Notes: generated by a model not told the origin, from the letters alone. Positions 8,550 through 18,287 are shown, counted from the first letter of the stretch. The stretch: DNA of 43,660 nt from a bacterium (GCA_041946805.1 JBHGBC010000035.1:1-43660); one strand, 5' to 3'. Translations and numbers: made by a program.

Positions 8550-10527
8550 CCACACTTGGAAACGGCTTGGTTCCTGGAAAAGGCCCGTAGGCTCTTTCCG
8601 TATCTTCCGTCTGGGCTTGGCTGTATTTCTGGCTGGGCTGCCGGACGCGGCGCCGGAGGAACTGCCTGAACTGCTGGCGGTCCAAGTCCCCTCCCATCCG
8701 GAATGGATGTCCGTGGAAAATGCCATCTTCCCGCCCGCGGCCCGGTACGTGGACGGCTGCCAGATTGTGCGCATCTCGTTCCCTTGTGATAAAAAAGAAA
8801 TTGTCTCGCTGACCAGCGGCTTCCTGTCCGCCTGCGATCCCGCCGTCTCCTTCGATGGTCAAAGCATTCTCTTCGCGGGAAAACGGAGGGCGGAGGAGAC
8901 CTGGCAAATCTGGTGTTTGAACCTGGCTGAAAACAATCTCATCCAACTCACACATAGCCCCTCCGATTGCGTTTCCCCCCTGTATGTTGGAACCGTGTTC
9001 CACTTGGACGATGCGCAGCCGGCCCGGCAAATCATCTATGCCAGCTATGCGCCGGGTGGGATCAAGAGTGCGGCGCCTTCCCTTTACTCGATCGATGTGG
9101 ACGGCCAAAATCCGAAACGCATCACGTTCAATCTGGGCGGCGGTTTCGATCCTGATGTTTTGCTCACGGGCCGGATTGTCTTCTCCAGTTGGAACGATTC
9201 CGTCTTCGATCCAGAAACTCCCGGACGCATGGGGCTTTTGGCGGTCAGCAACGATGGGACCGACTTGATGCCTTTCTACGGCGGCCACGAACCGCCCGCC
9301 ATCAAGGCGATGGTCCGGGTTTCCCTGCGCGACGAGCGGGTGTATTTCATCGAATCCAACGGTTCCCCTTGGCTGGGCGGAGGCGATATCGCCTACGTTT
9401 CCCGGCGGCGGCCGCTGCGCACCCATGCGGTTCTCAGCCGCGCGGATCCGGGTTTCTATCATAGTCCCTGTCCCCTGCCGGAGGGGGGATTGCTGGCTTC
9501 CTACCGGGAAGACCGGGAAGATTCGCTCTTCCGGCTGTACCGTATTTCCTCCACGTCCGGAGAACGCCTGGAAGAATTAGCCGCCCTCGAAGACAGTCAC
9601 CTCATCGACACCCAGGTATTGGCCCCTCACCCGCCGGTCAAGGGACGGGCGACCGTGGTGAATCTCAAAAAAGAGACGGGAGTCTTCTATTGCCTGAACG
9701 TGTATCAAAGCGACCGGCCGGGCGCGCGGTCTTTGGTTCCCGGATCGATCCAGCGCGTGCGGGTAATCGAAGGCATTCCCGCCGGCTCCGGGGCGGCCGG
9801 TACATTGTTCCCACGCCGCATCGTGGGGATGGCGCCCGTGGAGGCGGACGGTTCCTTCCATATCGAAGTCCCGGCGCAGGTTCCCCTGACCTTCCAATTG
9901 CTCGATGAACAGGGCATGGCCCGGATGAGCCAAAATACCTGGACCTGGGTGATGCCCAACGAAAAACGGGGATGCATCGGCTGCCACGAAGACCGTGAAC
10001 TCGCGCCGCCCAACCGGTTGGTTCAAGCCGTCGTCAAACCGGCGGTCCAATTGACCTTACCCCCCGCGCGGCGGCGGACCGTCGATTTTCAGCATGATAT
10101 CCAGCCTTTGATCCAGGCGAAATGTTCCGGTGCCGCGTGCCATTCGCCCGGAGGAGCCCCGCCGGTTCTGGACATCGATACCCTGATCACGAAGCGGCCC
10201 GGAGGCGCCATCGTATCCACCGCGTACGACACGTTGCTTGCGCCCATTCCTGGACGAACCCGCGAGCGGTACGTCATTCCCGGGCAAGCGCGGGAGAGCT
10301 CGTTGATCTGGCGCCTGTGCGGCGGACGCCCGGAAAATCCCGCCCCCGAAGCGCCGTACTCCAGCCGGATCACCCTCATGCCGCCCGATCAATCCTTGAC
10401 GGACGTGGAACGGGCGCAATTCATCGAATGGATCGACCTGGGCGCGTTGTGGAACAGCCGGATGCCGCCGGACGGGGAGCCGCCGCAGGCCGCGAACGCC
10501 CGGAACGCCGTGGAATCAAAACCATGA
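8533..10527 (+). CDS. Hydrazine synthase alpha subunit (HzsA)-like protein: TolB-like propeller + HZS-alpha middle domain + C-terminal heme domain
   Basis: DPAVSFDG..ILFAG/WQIW propeller, VEADGSF..VPA.VP..FQLLDEQGM...W.WV.P.E..GCIGCH, RTVDFQHDIQP, CSGAACH, EWIDLGA.W. Signal-like N-terminus. Overlaps both neighbours. Confidence 0.85.
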   Translation: MKLGNNHTWKRLGSWKRPVGSFRIFRLGLAVFLAGLPDAAPEELPELLAVQVPSHPEWMSVENAIFPPAARYVDGCQIVRISFPCDKKEIVSLTSGFLSACDPAVSFDGQSILFAGKRRAEETWQIWCLNLAENNLIQLTHSPSDCVSPLYVGTVFHLDDAQPARQIIYASYAPGGIKSAAPSLYSIDVDGQNPKRITFNLGGGFDPDVLLTGRIVFSSWNDSVFDPETPGRMGLLAVSNDGTDLMPFYGGHEPPAIKAMVRVSLRDERVYFIESNGSPWLGGGDIAYVSRRRPLRTHAVLSRADPGFYHSPCPLPEGGLLASYREDREDSLFRLYRISSTSGERLEELAALEDSHLIDTQVLAPHPPVKGRATVVNLKKETGVFYCLNVYQSDRPGARSLVPGSIQRVRVIEGIPAGSGAAGTLFPRRIVGMAPVEADGSFHIEVPAQVPLTFQLLDEQGMARMSQNTWTWVMPNEKRGCIGCHEDRELAPPNRLVQAVVKPAVQLTLPPARRRTVDFQHDIQPLIQAKCSGAACHSPGGAPPVLDIDTLITKRPGGAIVSTAYDTLLAPIPGRTRERYVIPGQARESSLIWRLCGGRPENPAPEAPYSSRITLMPPDQSLTDVERAQFIEWIDLGALWNSRMPPDGEPPQAANARNAVESKP

Positions 10528-12185
10528 ATCGACCGATTGCCTCACACGTATGGTGCGTACTCATCGGCTTGAGCGGGATCGCGGCCGCCTTCGGCCAGGA
10601 GGCCAAGCCCTCTTATCCCACCTGGGTGGATGTCACCGAAAAAGCCGGGATTCATTTTCTGCACAGCATCGGCGATGACGAGATGAGCAACATCGTGGAG
10701 GCCACCGGCTCCGGCTGCGCGTTCTTCGATTACGACGGCGACCAGGATCTGGATATCTACCTGGTCAATGAATGCTATCTTCCCGGGATCAACCATGTGC
10801 GGGGCCGGCTGCTGCAAGGCAAATTGAAGAACGCCCTCTACCGCAACAACGGCGATGGAACCTTCGCGGACGTGACGGAGGCGGCCGGCGTGGGAGACCC
10901 AGGCTTCGGCATGGCCTGCCTGTCGGCGGATTACGACAACGACGGCGACGCCGACCTGTTCGTCACCAACTACGGGCGGAACATCCTGTACCGCAACAAC
11001 GGAAACGGGACCTTCACGGATGTGACCAAAGAGGCGGGCCTCGAAAGCGGTCTCTGGGGCATCGGCTGCACATTCCTGGATTATGACAACGACAGCTTCT
11101 TGGATTTATACGTGGGCCACTACTTGCAGTACGATCCGAACTACAAGTACTACTACGCCGCCGACGCCTTCCCCGGCCCCCTGGCGTATCCAGGACAGCC
11201 CGACACGCTCTATCACAACCGCGGCGACGGGACTTTTGAGGACGTCACCCAAAAAGCCGGAGTGTTCAATCCCGAGGGCCGGGCGATGGGCGTCTCTTCC
11301 TGCGATTTCGACAACGACGGCGACATGGACATTTTTGTGGCCAACGACGCCATGGAAAACTACATGTACCAAAACAACGGGGACGGGACCTTCACCGACA
11401 TCGCCCTGACCGCGGGGACCGCCTTCAGCCAGAACGGCGAGGCGACCTCGGCCATGGGCCCGGAATTCGGGGATTTCAACTCGGACGGCTGGATCGACCT
11501 GCTGGTCCCCGACATGGGCTACGGCTGCCTGTACATGAACACCGGCAAGGGATTTTTCGAAGAGATGAGCGCCCAAATGGGATTGGCCTCCGTGCTGGGG
11601 CAGTACACCAGCTGGTCGGGCAACTTTTTCGATTTCGATCACGACGGATTTCTCGACATCCTGATCGTCAACGGCGACGCCCATCACCTCGAGGCCGAGG
11701 ATGCGGTGATGTTCTGGAACGATCAGGGCCAGCGGTTCATTGACATTTCCGATCAATGCGGGCCGGATTTCCAGCAAAAATACGTCAGCCGCGGCTCGGC
11801 GGTGGGAGATTACGACAACGACGGCGACCAGGACGCGCTCATCCTGAACCTCAACAGCCGCCCTTGCCTTCTCCGCAACGAAGGCGGCAACCGCAACCAC
11901 TGGCTTATGATTCACGCGGTGGGGACGAAGAGCAACCGCGACGCCATCGGCGCCCGCGTCTGGGTGACCTCCGAAGGCCGGACGCAAATGCGGGACATCA
12001 CCAGCAGCTCCGGCTATCTCTCGCAAAGCGATTACCGCGTGCATTTCGGCCTGCGCCGGCAAGAGAAAGTGGAGGAAGTCAAAATCCGCTGGCCGGGCGG
12101 CGTCACCCAAGTTTTGAAAGACGTCCCCGCCAACCAGGTGCTGACCCTGACCGAACCGCATAACGGGCCAGGAGGTTCCCAATGA
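10524..12185 (+). CDS. CRTAC1-family FG-GAP / ASPIC-UnbV secreted protein
   Basis: Start reassigned to ATG 10524 (ATGA overlap, signal peptide MNRP...AAAFG). Repeated DYDNDGD motifs and SSSGYLSQSDYRVHFGL...WPGG. Confidence 0.92.
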   Translation: MNRPIASHVWCVLIGLSGIAAAFGQEAKPSYPTWVDVTEKAGIHFLHSIGDDEMSNIVEATGSGCAFFDYDGDQDLDIYLVNECYLPGINHVRGRLLQGKLKNALYRNNGDGTFADVTEAAGVGDPGFGMACLSADYDNDGDADLFVTNYGRNILYRNNGNGTFTDVTKEAGLESGLWGIGCTFLDYDNDSFLDLYVGHYLQYDPNYKYYYAADAFPGPLAYPGQPDTLYHNRGDGTFEDVTQKAGVFNPEGRAMGVSSCDFDNDGDMDIFVANDAMENYMYQNNGDGTFTDIALTAGTAFSQNGEATSAMGPEFGDFNSDGWIDLLVPDMGYGCLYMNTGKGFFEEMSAQMGLASVLGQYTSWSGNFFDFDHDGFLDILIVNGDAHHLEAEDAVMFWNDQGQRFIDISDQCGPDFQQKYVSRGSAVGDYDNDGDQDALILNLNSRPCLLRNEGGNRNHWLMIHAVGTKSNRDAIGARVWVTSEGRTQMRDITSSSGYLSQSDYRVHFGLRRQEKVEEVKIRWPGGVTQVLKDVPANQVLTLTEPHNGPGGSQ

Positions 12186-15016
12186 TCCGGCGTCTCCCGA
12201 TTCCTCTTCTGCCGTTGCTCCTCGTTATCGTGGGTGGCAATCCCCTGTTTTCGACGGCCGCCGAGCGGGTGTACGTGGGCGAGAAGGCGTGCCGCGAATG
12301 CCACCACCTCAGCGGCAAGCGGGATCAGTTCAACGCCTGGTACCTGAGCAAGCACGCGCGCGCCTACGCCACCCTGGCCTTGCCGGAATCCCTGGAGATC
12401 ACCCGGCTGTCCGGGATCAACGTCAATCCCTTCGAGAGCCCCGTCTGCCTGGGCTGTCACGCCACGGCGTCCAACACGGAGGCATGGGAACGGGATGAGG
12501 CGTTTCATCTCGAAGACGGGATCCAGTGCGAGTTTTGCCACGGTCCCGGCAGCGAGTACATGAACGAAAAAATCATGAGCGACCGGGAAGCCGCCATGGC
12601 CGCCGGTCTGAAGATGCCGGGGGAAGACTTCTGCCTGGTTTGCCATCTGGACAAAGGATCGCATCTCGCGGTGTTGAAAGTCAAAAAATTCAATTACCCG
12701 GACGCCCTGAAGGAAACCGGCCATCCGGGCCGGGGCGGGGACCTGAGTTACCTGAAAAAAGAACCGGTCAAGAAACTGGATGGTCCCAAATACGTGGGCG
12801 TCATGGCCTGCGTTCCGTGTCATCAAAGCGAAGAGAAGGGCTATATCTTCAGCCAGTGGCGGCTCTCTCCCCACGCCGGGGCCTACGCCGTGCTGGGCAC
12901 CGCCAAGGGATTTGAAATCGCCCGCCAGCGGGGCATCGAGGGCCATCCGCAGGAAAGCCCTGAATGCCTCCGCTGCCACACGACCGGCCATGGCGAAGCC
13001 CCCGGATACTTTATGGATTCGTTCGATCCGGCCCTGGGCGTGCAATGCGAAAGCTGCCACGGACCGGGAAGCGAATACATGGCCGAGGCAGTCATGCTCG
13101 ATCCGGTCGCCTCCCAGCAGGCGGGACTCTGGAAAGTCTCCAAGGAGACCTGCCTGCGTTGCCACGATCCCAATTTCGATTACGAAAACAAGGTCCAGCT
13201 GATCAACCATTCCCGGCCGGCGGGCGCGGTCTCGGCGGCGGAGGGTTACAAAACCCCCATCAACCTGGCGGTCAGCCGGGATGGAAAGCGGCTCTATGCG
13301 GCGTGCGAAGCTTCCAACAATCTCATCGTTCTCGATACTGGCACGGGCCAAATTCTCGCGGAAATCCCCGTGGGCGCCTTGCCGCACGATGTGTGCCTCT
13401 CGCCCGATGAAACCCGCGCTTATGTCAGCATCCGGGGAACGGACACCGTGGCGGCGGTGGATACCGCCGCGTTCCAGGTGATTCAAACCTTTGCCGTGGG
13501 CGACGAACCCCACCAGCTGGCCACCAACCGGGAAGGGAATATCCTCTATGCCGCCAACGCCGGCTCGCACGATATATCGGTGGTCGGCCTCGCGGCGGGG
13601 AAGGAAATCAAGCGCCTCGGAGCCGGCCGCGGAACTTGGGGAATGGCCCGCTCGCCCGATGGCGAATATGTCTACGTCACCAACAACCTCTCGCATTTCG
13701 TCCCGTTCCGGTCCCCCTCGCTTTCGGAAGTCACCGTCATCGAGACCGCCCGCTCCTTCATCCACGAACGGATCATGCTTCCCGAAGCCAACCTGGTGCA
13801 GGGCATCGACTTCTCGCCGGACGGGGAGTTCGCGCTGGTCACGCTGCTGCGCACCAAAAACCTGGTTCCCATGACCCGCGTCGTGCAGGGCTGGGTCATC
13901 ACCAACGGCATCGGCGTGCTGTGGAAAGACGGCCGGGTGGACCAACTGCTGCTGGATGAATCCGATTCCTTCTTCGCCGATCCCACCGATCTGGCCATCA
14001 CCCCGGACGGGAAATTCGCCTACGTGACCGGTGGAGGGATCAACGCGGTGGCGGTGATCGACATCCAGCGCCTGAAGGATCTCCTGCACAACGCCACAGC
14101 GGAGGAGCGGACAAGCATTATCCCCAACCGCATGGGACTCAGCCTGGAGTATGTCCTCAAGCGCATCCCGGTGGGCCGCAGCCCGCGCGGCATCGCCATT
14201 TCCCCGGACGGCCAGTTGGTGTACGTGGCGGACGCGCTGGACGACGCGGTGTCCGTAATCGATGTCCAAAAGCAGGAACGGGTGCGGGTGTTCGATCTGG
14301 GCGGAACGAAGGAAGAGACCATCACCCGCTACGGCGAGCGGTTGTTCCATAGCGCGGAAATCTGCTACGGGAACCAATTCTCCTGCCATACTTGCCACCC
14401 CGACGGGGGGATCGATGGCATTACGTATGATATCGAGCCGGACGGCATCGGCATCAATCCGGTGGACAACCGCACCTTGAAGGGCATCCTGGACACCGCG
14501 CCCTTTAAGTGGGAAGGGACCAATCCCTCCCTGCGCCGTCAGTGCGGAGCGCGGCTGGCGGTCTTCTTCACGCGCAGCGATCCCTTCACGCTGGAACAAT
14601 CCAACGCCCTGGACCGCTACATCTGCACCATCCCCCGTAATCCCAACCGCTACCGCACCAGCAGCGAATTGACCCCGGCGCAGCGGAAGGGGAAAGCACT
14701 CTTCGAACGCACTCATACCAACGCGGGTGAAGAAATCCCCGTGGAAAACCGGTGCAATTTCTGCCATCCGGGACCGTACTATACCAACCGGCGGATTTTC
14801 AACGTCGATACCCAAACCGGGCTGGATACCAACGCCAAATTCGATGTTCCTCAATTGAACAATATCTACGAAACTTCTCCCTACCTGCACAACGGCCGGT
14901 CGGACACCCTGGAGGAAATCTGGACCCGGTACAATCCCCACGATAAGCACGGGGTGACCAACGACATGACCAAGGATCAACTCAAGGATTTGATCGAATA
15001 CTTGAAAACCCTGTAG
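12182..15016 (+). CDS. Decaheme fusion: two c554-type tetraheme modules + YVTN beta-propeller + CCP/MauG-type (HzsC-like) diheme domain
   Basis: Signal peptide. Eight N-terminal CxxCH in two YVG..CxxCH..W..S.HA modules, SPDG..YVTN repeats, C-terminal CHTCH and CNFCH, PYLHNG..TLEE, DKHG, DLIEYLKTL. Confidence 0.88.
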   Translation: MIRRLPIPLLPLLLVIVGGNPLFSTAAERVYVGEKACRECHHLSGKRDQFNAWYLSKHARAYATLALPESLEITRLSGINVNPFESPVCLGCHATASNTEAWERDEAFHLEDGIQCEFCHGPGSEYMNEKIMSDREAAMAAGLKMPGEDFCLVCHLDKGSHLAVLKVKKFNYPDALKETGHPGRGGDLSYLKKEPVKKLDGPKYVGVMACVPCHQSEEKGYIFSQWRLSPHAGAYAVLGTAKGFEIARQRGIEGHPQESPECLRCHTTGHGEAPGYFMDSFDPALGVQCESCHGPGSEYMAEAVMLDPVASQQAGLWKVSKETCLRCHDPNFDYENKVQLINHSRPAGAVSAAEGYKTPINLAVSRDGKRLYAACEASNNLIVLDTGTGQILAEIPVGALPHDVCLSPDETRAYVSIRGTDTVAAVDTAAFQVIQTFAVGDEPHQLATNREGNILYAANAGSHDISVVGLAAGKEIKRLGAGRGTWGMARSPDGEYVYVTNNLSHFVPFRSPSLSEVTVIETARSFIHERIMLPEANLVQGIDFSPDGEFALVTLLRTKNLVPMTRVVQGWVITNGIGVLWKDGRVDQLLLDESDSFFADPTDLAITPDGKFAYVTGGGINAVAVIDIQRLKDLLHNATAEERTSIIPNRMGLSLEYVLKRIPVGRSPRGIAISPDGQLVYVADALDDAVSVIDVQKQERVRVFDLGGTKEETITRYGERLFHSAEICYGNQFSCHTCHPDGGIDGITYDIEPDGIGINPVDNRTLKGILDTAPFKWEGTNPSLRRQCGARLAVFFTRSDPFTLEQSNALDRYICTIPRNPNRYRTSSELTPAQRKGKALFERTHTNAGEEIPVENRCNFCHPGPYYTNRRIFNVDTQTGLDTNAKFDVPQLNNIYETSPYLHNGRSDTLEEIWTRYNPHDKHGVTNDMTKDQLKDLIEYLKTL

Positions 15017-15027
15017 GGAGGCCTGCC

Positions 15028-16197
15028 ATGAATAAGACCCGGACGGTGGTTATGTTGACGGCCGCGATCCTGCTGCTCCCGCTCTTTACCTGGATGTCCT
15101 CTGGATGGGGCGGGGAAGAATCCGCCGCCCCCAAACTCCAGGGAGAGCCTTACGTCTACACCGATTGGGAAACCTTCTACACGAAAGACGGGCTGCCCAA
15201 CGATCATATCTTTTCCCTGAAGGCCGACGGGGACCGCCTGTGGGTGGGTACTGGGGACGGGCTGGCCTTGTACGAAAACGGAAAATGGAAATCCTGGACC
15301 GAAAAGGATGGGCTGCCCTGGAAGGTCATCACCGGCATCGCCATCGATCCCAAATCCGGCGATGTATGGCTGGGATTGTTCGGCGGGGGCGTGGCCCGGT
15401 TCAGTGGAGGACGTTTCGAGCATTTCCACCAATTGAACAGCGGCCTGGTTAACGACGTGGTGTACGGATTGACCATTCTGGATGACGAACTCTGGATCGC
15501 CACCACCGCCGGCGTGTCCCGTTACCACCTGGTGACCAAGGAATGGGAAATCTACACCGAGAAAAACGCCCCGATGGAGGAAATCTGGTGCTACAACGCC
15601 GATTCCGGCAACGGCAAGGTGTTTGTGGCCGTGTGGGGCGGCGGAGTGCTGGAATGGGATGTCAAAACCCAACGCTGGGACGCCCACCGCGATCCGGACC
15701 GGGAGATGGAGATCGACCTGTACCGCGATGACGGACTGATCCACATCATCACTACGGCGGTCTCGTACGTCGAGAACGTGCTGTGGGTATCCACTTACTT
15801 CGGCATGAGCCGCTATGACGGGCGCAAGTGGCGGGGATTCTCGCGCATCGACAGCGGGCTGGTCAACGACTTCATCAACTTCATGAAGGGGCGGGACGCC
15901 AACTCCAGCTACAACTGCACGGACCTGGGCTTTGCCTGCCTGATGGACTTCGAGACCAATACCTGGGTCACGTACAAGCGCGACGCCGAGGAAGACAAAA
16001 CCTGGACGGCCAACGTCATGGTGGACCAGTACGTCATCAAGAAAATCCCCACCAACCTCACCCTGCCCAACCATTTCATCATCACCTGCGAGTTTCAAGG
16101 CAACGACGTGTGGATCGGCACCGGCCACGGCTTGGCCCGGGGCATCGGCCAGGATTTTTACAAAGGCTTGAAGAAGACCGGAACGAAAACCGAATGA
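15028..16197 (+). CDS. Secreted beta-propeller protein with two-component-regulator propeller (Reg_prop) repeats
   Basis: Signal peptide, repeats DGLPND.I / SGLVND.V / LWVGT..GL, SD GGGAGG. Confidence 0.8.
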   Translation: MNKTRTVVMLTAAILLLPLFTWMSSGWGGEESAAPKLQGEPYVYTDWETFYTKDGLPNDHIFSLKADGDRLWVGTGDGLALYENGKWKSWTEKDGLPWKVITGIAIDPKSGDVWLGLFGGGVARFSGGRFEHFHQLNSGLVNDVVYGLTILDDELWIATTAGVSRYHLVTKEWEIYTEKNAPMEEIWCYNADSGNGKVFVAVWGGGVLEWDVKTQRWDAHRDPDREMEIDLYRDDGLIHIITTAVSYVENVLWVSTYFGMSRYDGRKWRGFSRIDSGLVNDFINFMKGRDANSSYNCTDLGFACLMDFETNTWVTYKRDAEEDKTWTANVMVDQYVIKKIPTNLTLPNHFIITCEFQGNDVWIGTGHGLARGIGQDFYKGLKKTGTKTE

Positions 16198-16229
16198 TCA
16201 CATTCAATTAATGAGGGGAGGCCGGTATC

Positions 16230-17624
16230 ATGAAACGATGGGCTCTCTGTCTCCTGATGACCGTGATGTTGAGCGGATTGAGTATCAGCGAAGAATCCCG
16301 AATCATCGCCCAGGAACCGGACCGCGTCTGGGACACCACCCGGCCCGCTCCGCCTTATGATCCCACGGATCAAAAATACGCCGATACGCCGCCGGAATAT
16401 TTTCCCTACAGCAAATTCACCAACCCCTACCGCCGGTATTTCCTTCAGCCCCTCCAATACCGGGGATATGGGCGGCATATTCCGGAACCCGAAAGGGTTG
16501 AATCCGTCAAAATCGGCTTCATCGGTCCCATCATGAAGACGGTGTCGGTGGCCACCGGCGGGGCGTCCCACGAGGAACCGCTGGGCCACAAAATGCTGCA
16601 AGGAGCCCGGCTGGCCATCGAGCAAGCCAACCAGAACGGCGGCTACCGGGGCAGCGGCATCCCGTACGAACTGGTGATCCGCAACGACAACGGCCTGTGG
16701 GGATCCACGGGCAACGAAGTGATCACCCTGGCGTATAAAGACAACGTCTGGGCCATCATCGGGTCGATCGACGGGGCCAACAGCCACATCGCCATCCGCG
16801 TGGCGCTGAAAATCGAAATCCCGGTCATGAACACCGGCGACACCGACCCGACCTTCATCGAAACCAACATTCCCTGGGTATTCCGTTGCATCAGCGATGA
16901 CCGCCAGATGTGCTATTTCCTGGCCGATTACGTCTACAAGAAATTGAAACTCACCCGCGTCGCCGCCCTGCGCGCCAACAACCGCTACGGGCGCATCAGC
17001 ATCGACGAGTTCCGTGACGCCTCCACCCGCCTGGGCCATCCCTTCCTGGCCGAGTTGAACTACAAGGTGGGCGATACCGATTTCACCCCGCAGCTCAAAC
17101 GCATCCAGTCGCTCAATCCCGACGCGGTGATCACCTACGGCGACGCGCTGGAATCCGCCTTGATCGTCAAGCAAATGCGGGAAATGGGCATGAACCAGCT
17201 TTTCATCGGCAGCGACCGCCTGGTCAGCCGGGAATTTTTGGACGTGGTGAAGGACCAGGCGGGCGGCGTGATCGCCGGATTCCCTTACAATCCGGTCAGC
17301 ACCGATCCCGTTTATCTCGAGTTCGTGAAGGATTTCCAGGCGCGCCACGGCGAAGCGCCGGAGACCTATGCCGCGCACGCCTATGACGGCACGGTCATGA
17401 CCATCCAGGCCATCGAGAAGGCCGGACTGAACCGTGCCCTGATCCGGGACGAACTGGCCCGGCTCACCACGTATCATGGCGTCACCGGGGAGAAGGTGTT
17501 CGACGCGATCTACAACAATATCAGTCCCGCCTACCTCGCCCGGCTGGAAAATGGGGAATTCAAGTTCTATTCACGCGCGGATCTGGGCCTGGACAGCAAG
17601 GTATCGATGGGAAAGACGGAGTAG
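16230..17624 (+). CDS. LivJ/branched-chain-amino-acid-type periplasmic binding protein
   Basis: Signal peptide, VKIGFIGP, GARLAIEQAN..GG, VWAIIGSIDG, PWVFR, TDFTPQL..I, AAHAYDG, GVTG. Confidence 0.88.
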   Translation: MKRWALCLLMTVMLSGLSISEESRIIAQEPDRVWDTTRPAPPYDPTDQKYADTPPEYFPYSKFTNPYRRYFLQPLQYRGYGRHIPEPERVESVKIGFIGPIMKTVSVATGGASHEEPLGHKMLQGARLAIEQANQNGGYRGSGIPYELVIRNDNGLWGSTGNEVITLAYKDNVWAIIGSIDGANSHIAIRVALKIEIPVMNTGDTDPTFIETNIPWVFRCISDDRQMCYFLADYVYKKLKLTRVAALRANNRYGRISIDEFRDASTRLGHPFLAELNYKVGDTDFTPQLKRIQSLNPDAVITYGDALESALIVKQMREMGMNQLFIGSDRLVSREFLDVVKDQAGGVIAGFPYNPVSTDPVYLEFVKDFQARHGEAPETYAAHAYDGTVMTIQAIEKAGLNRALIRDELARLTTYHGVTGEKVFDAIYNNISPAYLARLENGEFKFYSRADLGLDSKVSMGKTE

Positions 17625-17657
17625 GAAGTTATTCTCCGGCTATGAGCCGTTGGAAGA

Positions 17658-18023
17658 CTATATTGGTTCAAATCCTTCAGGCGGGCGGATACGAACACGA
17701 TTGGATTCTACTGTAACCATGCCTCCTGCTTGCAATAATTCTCCATATTTTTTCACCATGCGGGAACATATATCAGACTGTTTTTTTATCGACATATTCA
17801 CGAATCGTAAAATACCATAATGCGGGATTTTTTTGACAATCGCCAGTTCTCCAAAATCTTTATCCAAAGTCACCAGGATGCATTTCTCCTGGCGTGTATA
17901 GGATAGAATTTCTTCGTCTCCCGGATCGGATGGCCAATCGCCACACCATTCCACATCATATCCTTCTGATAATAAATGGAATTTCACCGACTTGGCGATA
18001 CATGAATCGAGAAATATCCTCAA
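17658..18023 (-). CDS. DUF5615 PIN-like putative toxin
   Basis: MRIFLD, D.EIL....E..ILVTLDKDFGEL, GILR, VRIR. Overlaps the DUF433 gene by 4 bp. Low GC. Confidence 0.82.
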   Translation of the reverse strand: MRIFLDSCIAKSVKFHLLSEGYDVEWCGDWPSDPGDEEILSYTRQEKCILVTLDKDFGELAIVKKIPHYGILRFVNMSIKKQSDICSRMVKKYGELLQAGGMVTVESNRVRIRPPEGFEPI

Positions 18024-18271
18024 GAGCTGGTCTCCATGAATAAAGGTTCGACGCGCTCATGTCCAACCAGCCGCCTGGCGTATAGAAGACATGCCTGTAT
18101 ATCTTCTTTTTCCAGCCAGGGATATTCCTCCAGGAGGGTGGGAACGTCATCACCGGCCGCAAGCATGCCGAGTACATGCTCAACGGCCAGCCGCCTGCCG
18201 CGAATGACCGGTTTTCCACCAAAAATCTTGGGATTGATTGTAATCCGCTCCAACATGGTTTTTTCATCCAT
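18020..18271 (-). CDS. DUF433 putative antitoxin
   Basis: RITINPKIFGGKPVIRGRRLAVE..L..LAAG....LLEEYPWLE.EDIQACL.YA. Confidence 0.93.
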   Translation of the reverse strand: MDEKTMLERITINPKIFGGKPVIRGRRLAVEHVLGMLAAGDDVPTLLEEYPWLEKEDIQACLLYARRLVGHERVEPLFMETSS

Positions 18272-18287
18272 GGCGGTTCTCCAGTAT

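Noticed and set aside
10122..10523. N-terminal extension of the second CRTAC1 ORF
   Set aside because: Overlaps the hzsA-like gene. The signal peptide and ATGA coupling indicate a start at 10524.
12032..14980. 982-aa minus-strand ORF
   Set aside because: Antisense shadow of the decaheme gene, expected from high-GC codon bias. No motifs.
8533..15016. Calling these bona fide hzsA/hzsB/hzsC and the host an anammox bacterium
   Set aside because: Recalled catalytic residues (HzsA Cys303/Tyr591, HzsC Asp168) appear substituted, the HzsA-like protein is shorter, partner genes differ and no hao/hdh is in the window.
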